From Halalkalibacterium halodurans (GTDB lineage: Bacteria > Bacillota > Bacilli > Bacillales > Bacillaceae_D): a stretch of DNA of 14,352 bases. The stretch's first letter is position 1, and the number at the start of each line of letters is the position of its first letter. The stretch covers positions 15,101 through 29,452 of the forward strand of contig NZ_SNUY01000057.1 in assembly GCF_004376175.1 (NCBI RefSeq). The letters are read 5' to 3'. This document shows positions 1-6,812 of the stretch, piece by piece. The notes under the pieces were generated by a model. That model was not told where the DNA came from, did not search any database, and worked only from the letters and a program-made list of their open reading frames with translations. Position numbers and translations under genes: made by a program.

Positions 1-803
1 TTTTCCTTGTGGAATACATGTTTCATTCGCTTACACTTCTTGCGGTCATATGCATGAAAATCCTTTTGTACTCTTCTCCTTACTCCGTCAAGTGCCCAGT
101 AGATATATCTACAAAAGTGGAATCGATCTGCAATGATAACTGGCCTTCCCAGAGCCTCTTGAACAGCAGCTTTAAAGGATGGACTCATATCCATAATCAC
201 CATCTGGACCTTACTTCCATGTCTTCTTAAGTAATCTTTAATCGTACGCTTATAACGGTTCGGCAGAATATCTAAGGGCTCTTTTGTCACTGCGTCAGCT
301 ATAATCAGCTGATATTTTCCTTCCTTTGTATCTCCTTTATACTCATCAATGGCAATAATAGCTGGCAATTCCTCTACGGGACGAATTTCACTGCTTGAAA
401 TTTGGTCAAACCGGCGAACGATGGTTGTGGCAGAACTTCCATAATTCTCAGCTGTTTCTTTAAACGTTTTTCCTTTGATCGCTCGAATAGCAACTGCCTG
501 GTTCCACTCAATAGAAGTACGTTGGTATCGTTCTACAAACGAATTATTCTCGGCGAATCTCTTCCCACAAGCGCAAACATAACGACGTCTCTTATAAAAA
601 ATCTGTGTTTGCCTTTCAAACCACTTTAAATGTTTGATCTTTTGAATACGATAATCATGAACTTTTTTTGTCCTCTTCTGACATTTAGGACAACGGTGTA
701 CTTTCCGCTCCATCTCCACATAAAGACGCACGATCTCTCCAACCTCTTCAACCTTGGTAATGAATGTATCTTTTAACCCAGGAAAATTCATGGTAAAATT
801 CAT
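1..803 (-). CDS. ISL3-family transposase, N-terminal ~267 codons; the 3' part continues beyond the left edge of the window
   Basis: Absent from the ORF track because it has no stop codon inside the window. Hand translation of the minus strand from the ATG at 803 stays open to position 1: MNFTMNFPGLKDTFITKVEEVGEIVRLYVEMERKVHRCPKCQKRTKKVHDYRIQKIKHLKWFERQTQIFYKRRRYVCACGKRFAENNSF...IAIDEYKGDT...VIMDMSPSF...IIADRFHFCRYIYWAL...FHAYDRKKCKRMKHVFHKE. A CxxC...CxC zinc finger, an HTH region and then a DDE core is the ISL3 transposase layout. GGAG lies ~10 nt upstream of the ATG. Confidence 0.85.
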   Translation of the reverse strand, partial: MNFTMNFPGLKDTFITKVEEVGEIVRLYVEMERKVHRCPKCQKRTKKVHDYRIQKIKHLKWFERQTQIFYKRRRYVCACGKRFAENNSFVERYQRTSIEWNQAVAIRAIKGKTFKETAENYGSSATTIVRRFDQISSSEIRPVEELPAIIAIDEYKGDTKEGKYQLIIADAVTKEPLDILPNRYKRTIKDYLRRHGSKVQMVIMDMSPSFKAAVQEALGRPVIIADRFHFCRYIYWALDGVRRRVQKDFHAYDRKKCKRMKHVFHKE

Positions 804-925
804 ATGCACGCAACTCCATTCTTTCAAACTTGTTTCTAGTCAACTCAAGTATAAAAGAATTGGATGTTTGCGTGTTTTTTTATGCTCATATTTGTTTCTT
901 AACCCCAACAAATATTATAGAGCCC
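1..925 (-). mobile_element. ISL3-family insertion sequence, partial (transposase-proximal end inside the window, other end off the left edge)
   Basis: The minus-strand terminal sequence GGGCTCTATAATATTTGTTGGGG (925->903) has the GGCTCT-type start typical of ISL3 terminal inverted repeats. It begins immediately after the rpmA terminator U-tract. A 9-bp hairpin ATATTTGTT/AACAAATAT lies inside the end. The transposase ORF starts 122 bp in. Confidence 0.7.
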
Positions 926-960
926 AAAAGAAAAAGCCTTCCTCTCATGAGGAAAGCCTT
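926..960 (-). terminator. Rho-independent terminator of the rplU-ysxB-rpmA operon
   Basis: Minus-strand RNA reads AAGGCUUUCCUC-AUGA-GAGGAAGGCUU (11 bp including 2 G-U pairs) followed by UUUUUCUUUU. It starts ~10 nt after the rpmA stop codon. Confidence 0.7.
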
Positions 961-970
961 CTTTACACAA

Positions 971-1255
971 TTATTGAGCTTTTGGGTATACGCTCACCTG
1001 TTTGCGGTCACGACCAACGCGCTCGAATTTTACAACGCCGTCGACTTTCGCAAATAGAGTATCGTCTCCACCTTTACCCACGTTCACTCCAGGGTAAATG
1101 CGTGTACCGCGTTGACGTACAAGGATAGAACCGCCTGTTACCAATTGTCCGTCAGCACGTTTTGTACCAAGACGTTTAGAAATAGAGTCACGTCCGTTCT
1201 TTGTACTACCGACTCCTTTTTTCGAAGCGAAAAATTGAAGATTCATTTTTAGCAT
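971..1255 (-). CDS. rpmA: 50S ribosomal protein L27 with N-terminal propeptide (MLKMNLQFF|[15 protein letters not shown])
   Basis: Translation ...[72 protein letters not shown] is canonical Firmicutes L27. The ORF-track start at 1264 is a GTG inside the AGGAGG Shine-Dalgarno sequence. ATGs at 1258 and 1255 follow it; 1255 gives the 9-residue propeptide seen in B. subtilis L27. Confidence 0.95.
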   Translation of the reverse strand: MLKMNLQFFASKKGVGSTKNGRDSISKRLGTKRADGQLVTGGSILVRQRGTRIYPGVNVGKGGDDTLFAKVDGVVKFERVGRDRKQVSVYPKAQ

Positions 1256-1260
1256 CATCT

Positions 1261-1602
1261 TCACCTCCTGATACGTTCTTCTATTTGAATATGCTCACCG
1301 TAGCTTTCAGCAATCGATTGAAGGGAGATATTCATCCCTTCCAAAAGAAGTTGAACTTTCTCAAATGTCGTCTCTTCCAAATCATTTGGAACACGACAGC
1401 GGAGAAATCCACCTTCATTCTCCATCTCAGTCACCAACTCCACTTGGCACAAGGCAATAATGGCGTTGACCGTCCCGAGGGCAACAGCTGAAGCGCCAGC
1501 ACACACGAGATCTTGACCATAAGGTCCTGCATCCGCATGTCCTGACATCGTGAACGAAACGATATCGTTTTGCTTATTACGTTCAAAAACAACGTCAATC
1601 AT
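1261..1602 (-). CDS. ysxB: Ribosomal-processing cysteine protease Prp (YsxB family), which cleaves the L27 propeptide
   Basis: 113 aa located between rplU and rpmA. It has the conserved SGHA (His) and LVCAGAS (Cys) catalytic motifs of Prp. Confidence 0.9.
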   Translation of the reverse strand: MIDVVFERNKQNDIVSFTMSGHADAGPYGQDLVCAGASAVALGTVNAIIALCQVELVTEMENEGGFLRCRVPNDLEETTFEKVQLLLEGMNISLQSIAESYGEHIQIEERIRR

Positions 1603-1610
1603 GTCATACC

Positions 1611-1919
1611 TTACGCATTGATTTTTTCAATGACAACTTTTGTATAAGGTTGACGGTGACCTTGCTTACGACGGTAGTTCTTCTTTGCTTTCATTTTGAA
1701 AACGATGATCTTCTTGCCACGGCCATGTTTTTCAACTTTCGCCGTAACTGAAGCACCTTCTACATATGGAGAACCGACTTTTACGTCATCGCCACCAACA
1801 AGAACCACTTTGTCGAAGTTAACAGATTCACCAGCTTCTGCATCAAGTTTCTCAATGTAGATCTCTTGACCTTCTTCAACCTTAACTTGTTTACCACCAG
1901 TTTCGATAATTGCGTACAT
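1611..1919 (-). CDS. rplU: 50S ribosomal protein L21
   Basis: [18 protein letters not shown]...[22 protein letters not shown] is canonical L21. GAGGAGG lies upstream of the ATG. Confidence 0.95.
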
Positions 1920-2024
1920 CCTTGCACCTCCTCATATACTCAGACTCGCCATTCTAGGTAGGGAGATCCATTTATAAACCTAGTCTGTGCGGTTGTAGTC
2001 ATTGGGTGCGACCAAATAACTAAC
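1920..2024 (-). ncRNA. Probable ribosomal-protein L21 leader (structured 5' UTR of rplU)
   Basis: A ~105-nt untranslated leader lies between the promoter and the rplU RBS. The minus strand contains nested helices CAGACU...AGUCUG and CUAGGU...ACCUAG. Position and length match the L21 leader known in Firmicutes. Family membership was not checked by covariance model. Confidence 0.45.
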
Positions 2025-2031
2025 AAGAGAT

Positions 2032-2061
2032 ATCATACCACATATCAAAAATCTATGTCAA
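2032..2061 (-). promoter_or_regulatory. SigmaA-type promoter of the rplU operon
   Basis: Minus strand reads TTGACA (2061-2056), an 18-bp spacer ending in TGg (extended -10), then TATGAT (2037-2032). Confidence 0.6.
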
Positions 2062-2068
2062 TGTCCAA

Positions 2069-2077
2069 TCCTCTCTG
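2069..2077. repeat. Target-site duplication, left copy (TCCTCTCTG)
   Basis: An identical 9-mer occurs at 3712-3720. Each copy directly abuts one of the terminal inverted repeats. Confidence 0.8.
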
Positions 2078-2175
2078 GTTTGAGTCAAGTATTTATAGGC
2101 AGTTTTTTTAACACCTTAAATTTGAAAGCGGATTCAAACTCTTAGGATACTCTCTTGGTAAGAATTTTGCCTTTT

Positions 2176-3519
2176 TTAAAAGCCAGACAACTCTTTTAAT
2201 GCTTTGTAAACTGGTATGTTAGCTTTTCCTTTTAGATATAGAACATTGTCTCTAGTGGCTTCACCAATTGTGCTCGTAACTTTTTCTTTATAGTATCTTG
2301 GTGGGTTCTTTTCCACCTGTGTTTCAGTCCATTTTTCGATCCTGCCAAATAGTGTTTTTAAGGTCAATTTATCCAAGTAAGCTACCAAACCAGTGAACAT
2401 GGCACTTACACCTTTATCCACCCAACTACGGCCATTTTTAAGTCTTTTGGCAAATACACTCATGGTTCCTTCTGCACTACCCATCGGACGCATTCCTGTT
2501 GTATCTATACCCTGTTCTTTAAGCCAGTTACGATAATCTCCCAAGGCTTCTGGATATTTCTCTAATTGGCGAATAAATGCTTCTAGACGTTCCTCTTGCT
2601 CATCATCCTCTAGCGTTCCGACTGCACTGTTAAGCTCTGTAAGCAATTTCTCATAATCATATGATGCAAGCGCCTTACGAATTGGACGATAACGTGGGTG
2701 ATGACGGAACAAACTTCGAATCTCCCGTGCCACATGGAAACGATCAAGCGAAAAGAATGCACGATCTTTGAAATAGTCACGACAAGTTGTAATCCAATTT
2801 GCACCATCTCCATTTATTACCAACTTATGAATGGTTGGATCATACTCAAAGTTTTCGATGAGAAAGTCCTCAAACGCCTCCCAAAATGGCTGGTTCCCTT
2901 CATGTACGAAATGGCGTTTATTCTTCAGTCTTACTCGTTTCCCATTGACTTCCCAGCCTTGATGAACTGCGGCTATTTTCTCTTCTTTTCCCTTTTTTCG
3001 TTTACCTTGACGTTTTACAAACAAACCATCGACCTCTACAAATAATACAGGTTGATGTACATGCTCACGCTTTTTTGGAATACTCGAAACTTGTAATAAG
3101 TGTTGACGGATTGCCTCATGACTAATAACCCGATAGCCTAAAAGGGTTTCTAACGTACTGGCTGCTTTTCGATAGGAAGGTCCCTGAACAGCTAATTCAA
3201 TAGCTACCTCCTCAATCAATGGGCTAAAAGAACCTGCATCCTCAAACTCTAAATAACGATCAAGGAGAAAAACATATTCCCCTGTCTCCCGGTCACGGTA
3301 ATAATTACGATTTAATTCAATCTCTCCGAAGAGACTAGTTATATGATATTTTCTTTTATCAATGAGTCGATAGCGTTTTTTATCTCGTTCTTCTGCAATC
3401 TGCTTGTCCATGTCCTCTAATAGTGTTTTCATGACCTTTGAGAAGGTTTCCTGTAATTGCCTCCAAACTAATTGCTCAATCTGTTTTAAATTTGGATATA
3501 CTGTGTTATTCTTTTGCAT
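2176..3519 (-). CDS. ISLre2-family transposase (UPF0236)
   Basis: A 447-aa intact ORF, MQKNNTVYPNLKQIEQLVWRQLQETFSKVMKTLLEDMDKQIAEERDKKRYRLIDKRKYHITSLFGEIELNRNYYRDRETGEYVFLLDRYL..., recognised as the UPF0236/ISLre2 transposase family. AAGGAG lies 8 nt upstream of the ATG. Confidence 0.88.
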   Translation of the reverse strand: MQKNNTVYPNLKQIEQLVWRQLQETFSKVMKTLLEDMDKQIAEERDKKRYRLIDKRKYHITSLFGEIELNRNYYRDRETGEYVFLLDRYLEFEDAGSFSPLIEEVAIELAVQGPSYRKAASTLETLLGYRVISHEAIRQHLLQVSSIPKKREHVHQPVLFVEVDGLFVKRQGKRKKGKEEKIAAVHQGWEVNGKRVRLKNKRHFVHEGNQPFWEAFEDFLIENFEYDPTIHKLVINGDGANWITTCRDYFKDRAFFSLDRFHVAREIRSLFRHHPRYRPIRKALASYDYEKLLTELNSAVGTLEDDEQEERLEAFIRQLEKYPEALGDYRNWLKEQGIDTTGMRPMGSAEGTMSVFAKRLKNGRSWVDKGVSAMFTGLVAYLDKLTLKTLFGRIEKWTETQVEKNPPRYYKEKVTSTIGEATRDNVLYLKGKANIPVYKALKELSGF

Positions 3520-3585
3520 GAGGGGTTACTCCTTTGTTTGTGATTTAGTTTTGGTTGACTAAGATTCTACCAAGGAGTAACCCTC
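3520..3585 (-). promoter_or_regulatory. RBS-sequestering hairpin plus candidate transposase promoter in the IS leader
   Basis: On the minus strand, GAGGGTTACTCCTT (3585-3572) pairs with AAGGAGTAACCCCTC (3534-3520), giving 14 bp with one bulged G. The second arm contains the transposase Shine-Dalgarno sequence. A TAGAAT -10-like hexamer (3569-3564) sits just downstream of the first arm. Confidence 0.5.
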
Positions 3586-3631
3586 TTTTTCATGTTATTT
3601 GCTTATTAACTACCGCGCTTTCGCTTGGTGG

Positions 3632-3679
3632 CCCCCTCATTTGTTGAGCGTTCTAACGTTCCCTCAACAAATGAGGGGG
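3632..3679. repeat. Perfect 17-bp inverted repeat (hairpin, 14-nt loop) inside the IS, near its transposase-proximal end
   Basis: CCCCCTCATTTGTTGAG (3632-3648), loop cgttctaacgttcc, CTCAACAAATGAGGGGG (3663-3679). On the plus strand it is followed by TTAAATTTTG. There is no T-run on the minus strand. Confidence 0.6.
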
Positions 3680-3711
3680 TTAAATTTTGCCCACAATAAT
3701 TTTACTCATAC

Positions 3712-3720
3712 TCCTCTCTG
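3712..3720. repeat. Target-site duplication, right copy (TCCTCTCTG)
   Basis: Identical to 2069-2077. Confidence 0.8.
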
Positions 3721-3740
3721 CACATCGTTTCCCTCGTCTT

Positions 3741-3763
3741 GGACAAACTAGGACAAACTAGGG
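3741..3763. repeat. Tandem direct repeat GGACAAACTA x2 (plus partial GGG)
   Basis: GGACAAACTA occupies 3741-3750 and 3751-3760, and the next three bases restart the unit. Confidence 0.7.
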
Positions 3764-3904
3764 AAAAAATGAAAAAGGAGCTGACGATGAAATGGATCTT
3801 CTTACGATACTCAAATATGTTTGCAGCGCATCCGCTGTCAGTTGCTTGGTCTTCATTTACTCCTTCATGGCAAAAGAAGCGAAAAAGCAAAGCAAGTCTT
3901 CCCG

Positions 3905-4243
3905 TTAAACGAGGGCTGCTTTTAACGTATCTTGTTTAATGTCCCAATGAGACTTATTCCAGATCGCTTCTTGATCTTTGACGACAATGGCCTGTGGTGA
4001 CTCGTGTTTCACACCTAAATCCTCCGCGATTTGGTTTGAGACAGGACGCGATTCGATCACCTTTACGAGTACAACTTGTCCGTCCCATTGAAGACCGTTT
4101 TCCAATAAAGCGTGTAACTCTTGATGAGCTTCAGCGCTCACCGGGCATTGCGTACTATGTTTAAATACAAGGACAGGTGTTTCCGTCGTCCCTTCAAATA
4201 CTTCTTGCCATTGTTCAACTGTTGTTAGTTCTTTTACACTCAT
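3905..4243 (-). CDS. ytxJ: Bacillithiol-system monothiol redox protein YtxJ (thioredoxin-like, DUF2847)
   Basis: MSVKELTTVEQWQEVFEGTTETPVLVFKHSTQCPVSAEA... carries the single-Cys T-x-C-P-x-S motif of YtxJ. The ORF-track GTG at 4252 lies inside the SD sequence AAGGAG, which overlaps the rng stop codon. The ATG at 4243 has 8-nt spacing. Confidence 0.85.
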   Translation of the reverse strand: MSVKELTTVEQWQEVFEGTTETPVLVFKHSTQCPVSAEAHQELHALLENGLQWDGQVVLVKVIESRPVSNQIAEDLGVKHESPQAIVVKDQEAIWNKSHWDIKQDTLKAALV

Positions 4244-4255
4244 TGTGCCCACTCC

Positions 4256-5758
4256 TTATCGTTTTTTGATCCGCTCCACAAACTGTGTCGCTTCTTCGAG
4301 ACTGCCAATATAACGAATCTCATACTGTTCTTCTTTTAACGTTTTTTTCGGTACTGCGAGAATTCGTGAGCCAATGGCAGTCTCCAATCTTTTTAAATGC
4401 CCCCCATCTTGTCCAAACAACACAGGAGCAATATGTGAAGGGAGCTCGAGAACAATTGCTTCAGCATCGGAGCCACGATATTCCCATAGTTCCCGTTCAA
4501 TCTTAAATGCTTGTGCTTCATCTGACAAGACTTGACCTGTTCCCCGGCACGTCGGGCATGGTTTTGAAAGGGAGGCTTGCAACGATTGCCGAACTTTTTT
4601 CCTCGTCATTTCCACAAGCCCTAGACCTGTCATTCCAATGACATTTGTTTTCGTTCGATCGGTTTTCAACGCTTGTTCAAGCGTATGTAAGACAAGCTGT
4701 TGATCCTCCTCGCGTTTCATATCGATGAAATCAATAATGATGATCCCAGAGATATCACGTAGGCGAAGCTGATGAGCAATCTCCTTTGCCGCCTCGATGT
4801 TTACTTTAACAACCGTATCCTGTAAGTCTTGCTTCCCGATGAACTTTCCTGAATTCACATCGATTACCGTTAAGGCTTCAGCATGATCCATCATTAAATA
4901 GCCACCATTTTTTAACCAAACCTGTCGCCTCAACCCTTTTTCTATTTCCTTCTCGACCTTTAAATGTGAAAAAACATTCTCTTTTCCCTTATAAAGAAAG
5001 ACGCGGGACTCCATGTTTGGATAAGAGGCAAGGAGCTGCTTGATGAAATGATACTCCTCTCTATCATCTACAACAATTTCCCCCACTTCGTCAAGGGGGA
5101 AGTCTCGCAAAATGCGCTCGATCAGGCCCGAACTTTGATAGAGAAGGGACGGCGCTTTTGCTCCTTTGCCCCTCTTTTGAAGCTCTTCCCACATCTGCCT
5201 GAAAAACAAGATCTCTTGCTCTGCTTCATGTCGAACCTCTTTTTTACAAGCCGTTCGAATAATTAACCCTTCGTCGTTAAGGAGTAATTGCTCCCATTCG
5301 CTACGCCAACGTTCTCGCTCCTCCTCTGGGAAGATTTTTTTTGACACTCCGACGTAGCCGGCTTGTGGCATGTAGACGACGTATCGACCAGGAAAAGCAA
5401 CCACGCCCGTTAATCGCGGCCCCTTCGTACCGAATCCTTCCTTTGTCACTTGAACGAGAAGCTCCTCCCCTTCTTGGACAAAGTCAGAAATATTCCGTTT
5501 CTTTTTTTCATCCTCTTCCTCATTCGATAAGTGAAAAGAGAGGAGCTCATCGCGATACAAGAACCCATTTTTCTCCCGACCAATATCGACAAAGCAGGCT
5601 TGCATTCCTGGCAGTACATTGACGACACGCCCACGATATACATTTCCGACAATCCGCTCTTCTACAGGGCGTTCAATCATAAGCTCAATGACTTGTCCAT
5701 TTTCCACAACCGCCGCTCTTCGCTCTCTCGTTGCCATATTAAATAAGATCGATTTCAC
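4256..5758 (-). CDS. rng: Rne/Rng-family endoribonuclease (RNase G-like)
   Basis: Contains an S1 domain (GNVYRGRVVNVLPGMQACFVDIG), a DNase-I-like catalytic region (VIDVNSGKF, IIIIDFIDM) and a Zn-link CPTCRGTG. The ORF-track TTG at 5767 directly abuts GAAGGAG; the GTG at 5758 has 7-nt spacing and gives MKSILFNMATRERRAAVVENGQ. Confidence 0.9.
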   Translation of the reverse strand: MKSILFNMATRERRAAVVENGQVIELMIERPVEERIVGNVYRGRVVNVLPGMQACFVDIGREKNGFLYRDELLSFHLSNEEEDEKKKRNISDFVQEGEELLVQVTKEGFGTKGPRLTGVVAFPGRYVVYMPQAGYVGVSKKIFPEEERERWRSEWEQLLLNDEGLIIRTACKKEVRHEAEQEILFFRQMWEELQKRGKGAKAPSLLYQSSGLIERILRDFPLDEVGEIVVDDREEYHFIKQLLASYPNMESRVFLYKGKENVFSHLKVEKEIEKGLRRQVWLKNGGYLMMDHAEALTVIDVNSGKFIGKQDLQDTVVKVNIEAAKEIAHQLRLRDISGIIIIDFIDMKREEDQQLVLHTLEQALKTDRTKTNVIGMTGLGLVEMTRKKVRQSLQASLSKPCPTCRGTGQVLSDEAQAFKIERELWEYRGSDAEAIVLELPSHIAPVLFGQDGGHLKRLETAIGSRILAVPKKTLKEEQYEIRYIGSLEEATQFVERIKKR

Positions 5759-5797
5759 ACTGTGCAACTCCTTCTTCGTCCCGCTTTTCCCGTTTAA

Positions 5798-5866
5798 CTG
5801 ATGCGTAGACTCTCACTTCAAGGCAACAAGAAAGAAGAAGTGAGAGAGACAACCCTATTGCATCAG
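5798..5866 (-). promoter_or_regulatory. Bipartite stem-loop in the spoIVFB-rng intergenic region (putative rng 5' leader structure)
   Basis: Outer helix CTGATGC (5798-5804) / GCATCAG (5860-5866). Inner perfect 10-bp helix CTCTCACTTC (5810-5819) / GAAGTGAGAG (5837-5846). No U-tract follows on either strand, so it is not an intrinsic terminator. Confidence 0.4.
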
Positions 5867-5942
5867 CGAACATACAGTTGGGAAAAGCCTACCACTAAAT
5901 GAGGTTTCGCTTTATCTCCTTTTACTTTACCTTATGTGATCA

Positions 5943-6812
5943 TTATTTCGCAATGATCGTCGATAATGGTGCTCTTGGGAGCTTCGCTTCAAACAATGCT
6001 CTGAGCACCTCGGTCTCTGGAAGATAATGCGTCCTTTTTTGTTTTGCATCATTTACGATGATCGTATGAATGACTCCTCGTCTAAATTGCTTCGCGACTT
6101 CGGACACCTCTTGATGTGCTGAGACCACAACCGGCAAATGCGGCTTCCCCTGCTGGCTTAAGCCGATGTAAAATCGCTCCGTTAAAAAGCGGATAAACCG
6201 ATAATGACACTGTTTATATTCGAGGTAATTGTTCACTATTAAAAAGGCAAGTACAAGCCAAAGGTTCAAATGAAATGGGTAAAGGATGACGGCAACACAA
6301 ACAGCTACCGTCAAAAATAGAAAAGACAGGCCTACTGTTCGCCTCAAAGCCAATCGGTAGGGCCAAAACCGCATGCATAACAATTGTATAAGCCTTCCAC
6401 CATCTAACGGTAAAATGGGCAACAAGTTAAATGCTAGAATCGTCACATTGTACCAAAGAAACTGTTGATAGGTTGATACATTCCACATCTCAAGTGCCAC
6501 GAGCCCATAAGAAACAGCCATCATCCAAACGTGTTGAAGCGGACCAGCCGTGATAATAATGACCTCTTCTTTAAACGATCGATTGCCCCCTTCTTCTACT
6601 TCCGCTACACCACCGAACGGGAGCAACTCAATCTTTCGAATTCGCCAGCGAAAAAAATGGGCCGCTACTGCGTGCCCCATTTCATGCACAAAGACGATCA
6701 CAAATACCATCAACACTTCCCGAAAATATCCCGTCAACACCCCCATTCCGATCACAAACCAGAAAAGCGGATTGACCTTCATTTTTTTAAATAGCGCCAA
6801 ATAGCTAATCAA
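5943..6812 (-). CDS. spoIVFB: Site-2 intramembrane metalloprotease SpoIVFB (pro-sigmaK processing, M50 family)
   Basis: HEMGH (HExxH) in a TM helix, the NLLPILPLDGG motif, multiple TM segments and a C-terminal CBS-like domain. It overlaps spoIVFA by 8 nt. The TTG start reproduces the length of the B. subtilis N-terminus. Confidence 0.9.
   Translation of the reverse strand: MISYLALFKKMKVNPLFWFVIGMGVLTGYFREVLMVFVIVFVHEMGHAVAAHFFRWRIRKIELLPFGGVAEVEEGGNRSFKEEVIIITAGPLQHVWMMAVSYGLVALEMWNVSTYQQFLWYNVTILAFNLLPILPLDGGRLIQLLCMRFWPYRLALRRTVGLSFLFLTVAVCVAVILYPFHLNLWLVLAFLIVNNYLEYKQCHYRFIRFLTERFYIGLSQQGKPHLPVVVSAHQEVSEVAKQFRRGVIHTIIVNDAKQKRTHYLPETEVLRALFEAKLPRAPLSTIIAK

Larger units (their letters stand above)
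2078..3711 (-). mobile_element. Complete ISLre2-family (UPF0236 transposase) insertion sequence, 1634 bp
   Basis: Imperfect terminal inverted repeats: GTTTGAGTCAAGTATTTATAGGCA (2078->) versus GTATGAGTAAAATTATTGTGGGCA (reverse complement from 3711), with 17 of the first 24 positions and 7 of the first 8 identical. The element is flanked by a perfect 9-bp direct repeat TCCTCTCTG and carries a single 447-aa transposase ORF. The 9-bp duplication and 1.5-2 kb size fit the ISLre2 family. Confidence 0.8.

Noticed and set aside
2060-2088. An outward-facing TTGACT hexamer at the IS left end (2088-2083) that could form a hybrid promoter reading into rplU.
   Set aside because: The hexamer 17 nt downstream is GACATT, a poor -10. 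The native TTGACA/TGgTATGAT promoter immediately follows and suffices.
2144-3585. An imperfect inverted repeat, GGATACTCTCTTGGTAAGAAT (2144-2168) versus the reverse complement of 3560-3585, which I first took for the IS termini.
   Set aside because: No target duplication flanks these positions. The outer boundaries 2078/3711 have both terminal repeats and a perfect 9-bp direct repeat. The inner match is better explained as internal IS sequence related to the anti-SD arm.
3632-3679. The 17-bp hairpin as the missing terminator of the rng-ytxJ transcription unit.
   Set aside because: It lies inside the IS boundaries, so it arrived with the element. On the minus strand it is followed by CCACCAAGCG, not a U-tract.
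3702-3890. The 62-aa minus-strand ORF (TTG start) in the ytxJ-IS spacer.
   Set aside because: It has a TTG start without an SD sequence and runs into the IS target duplication. The shorter SD-associated mini-ORFs in the same region are reported as a low-interest finding instead.
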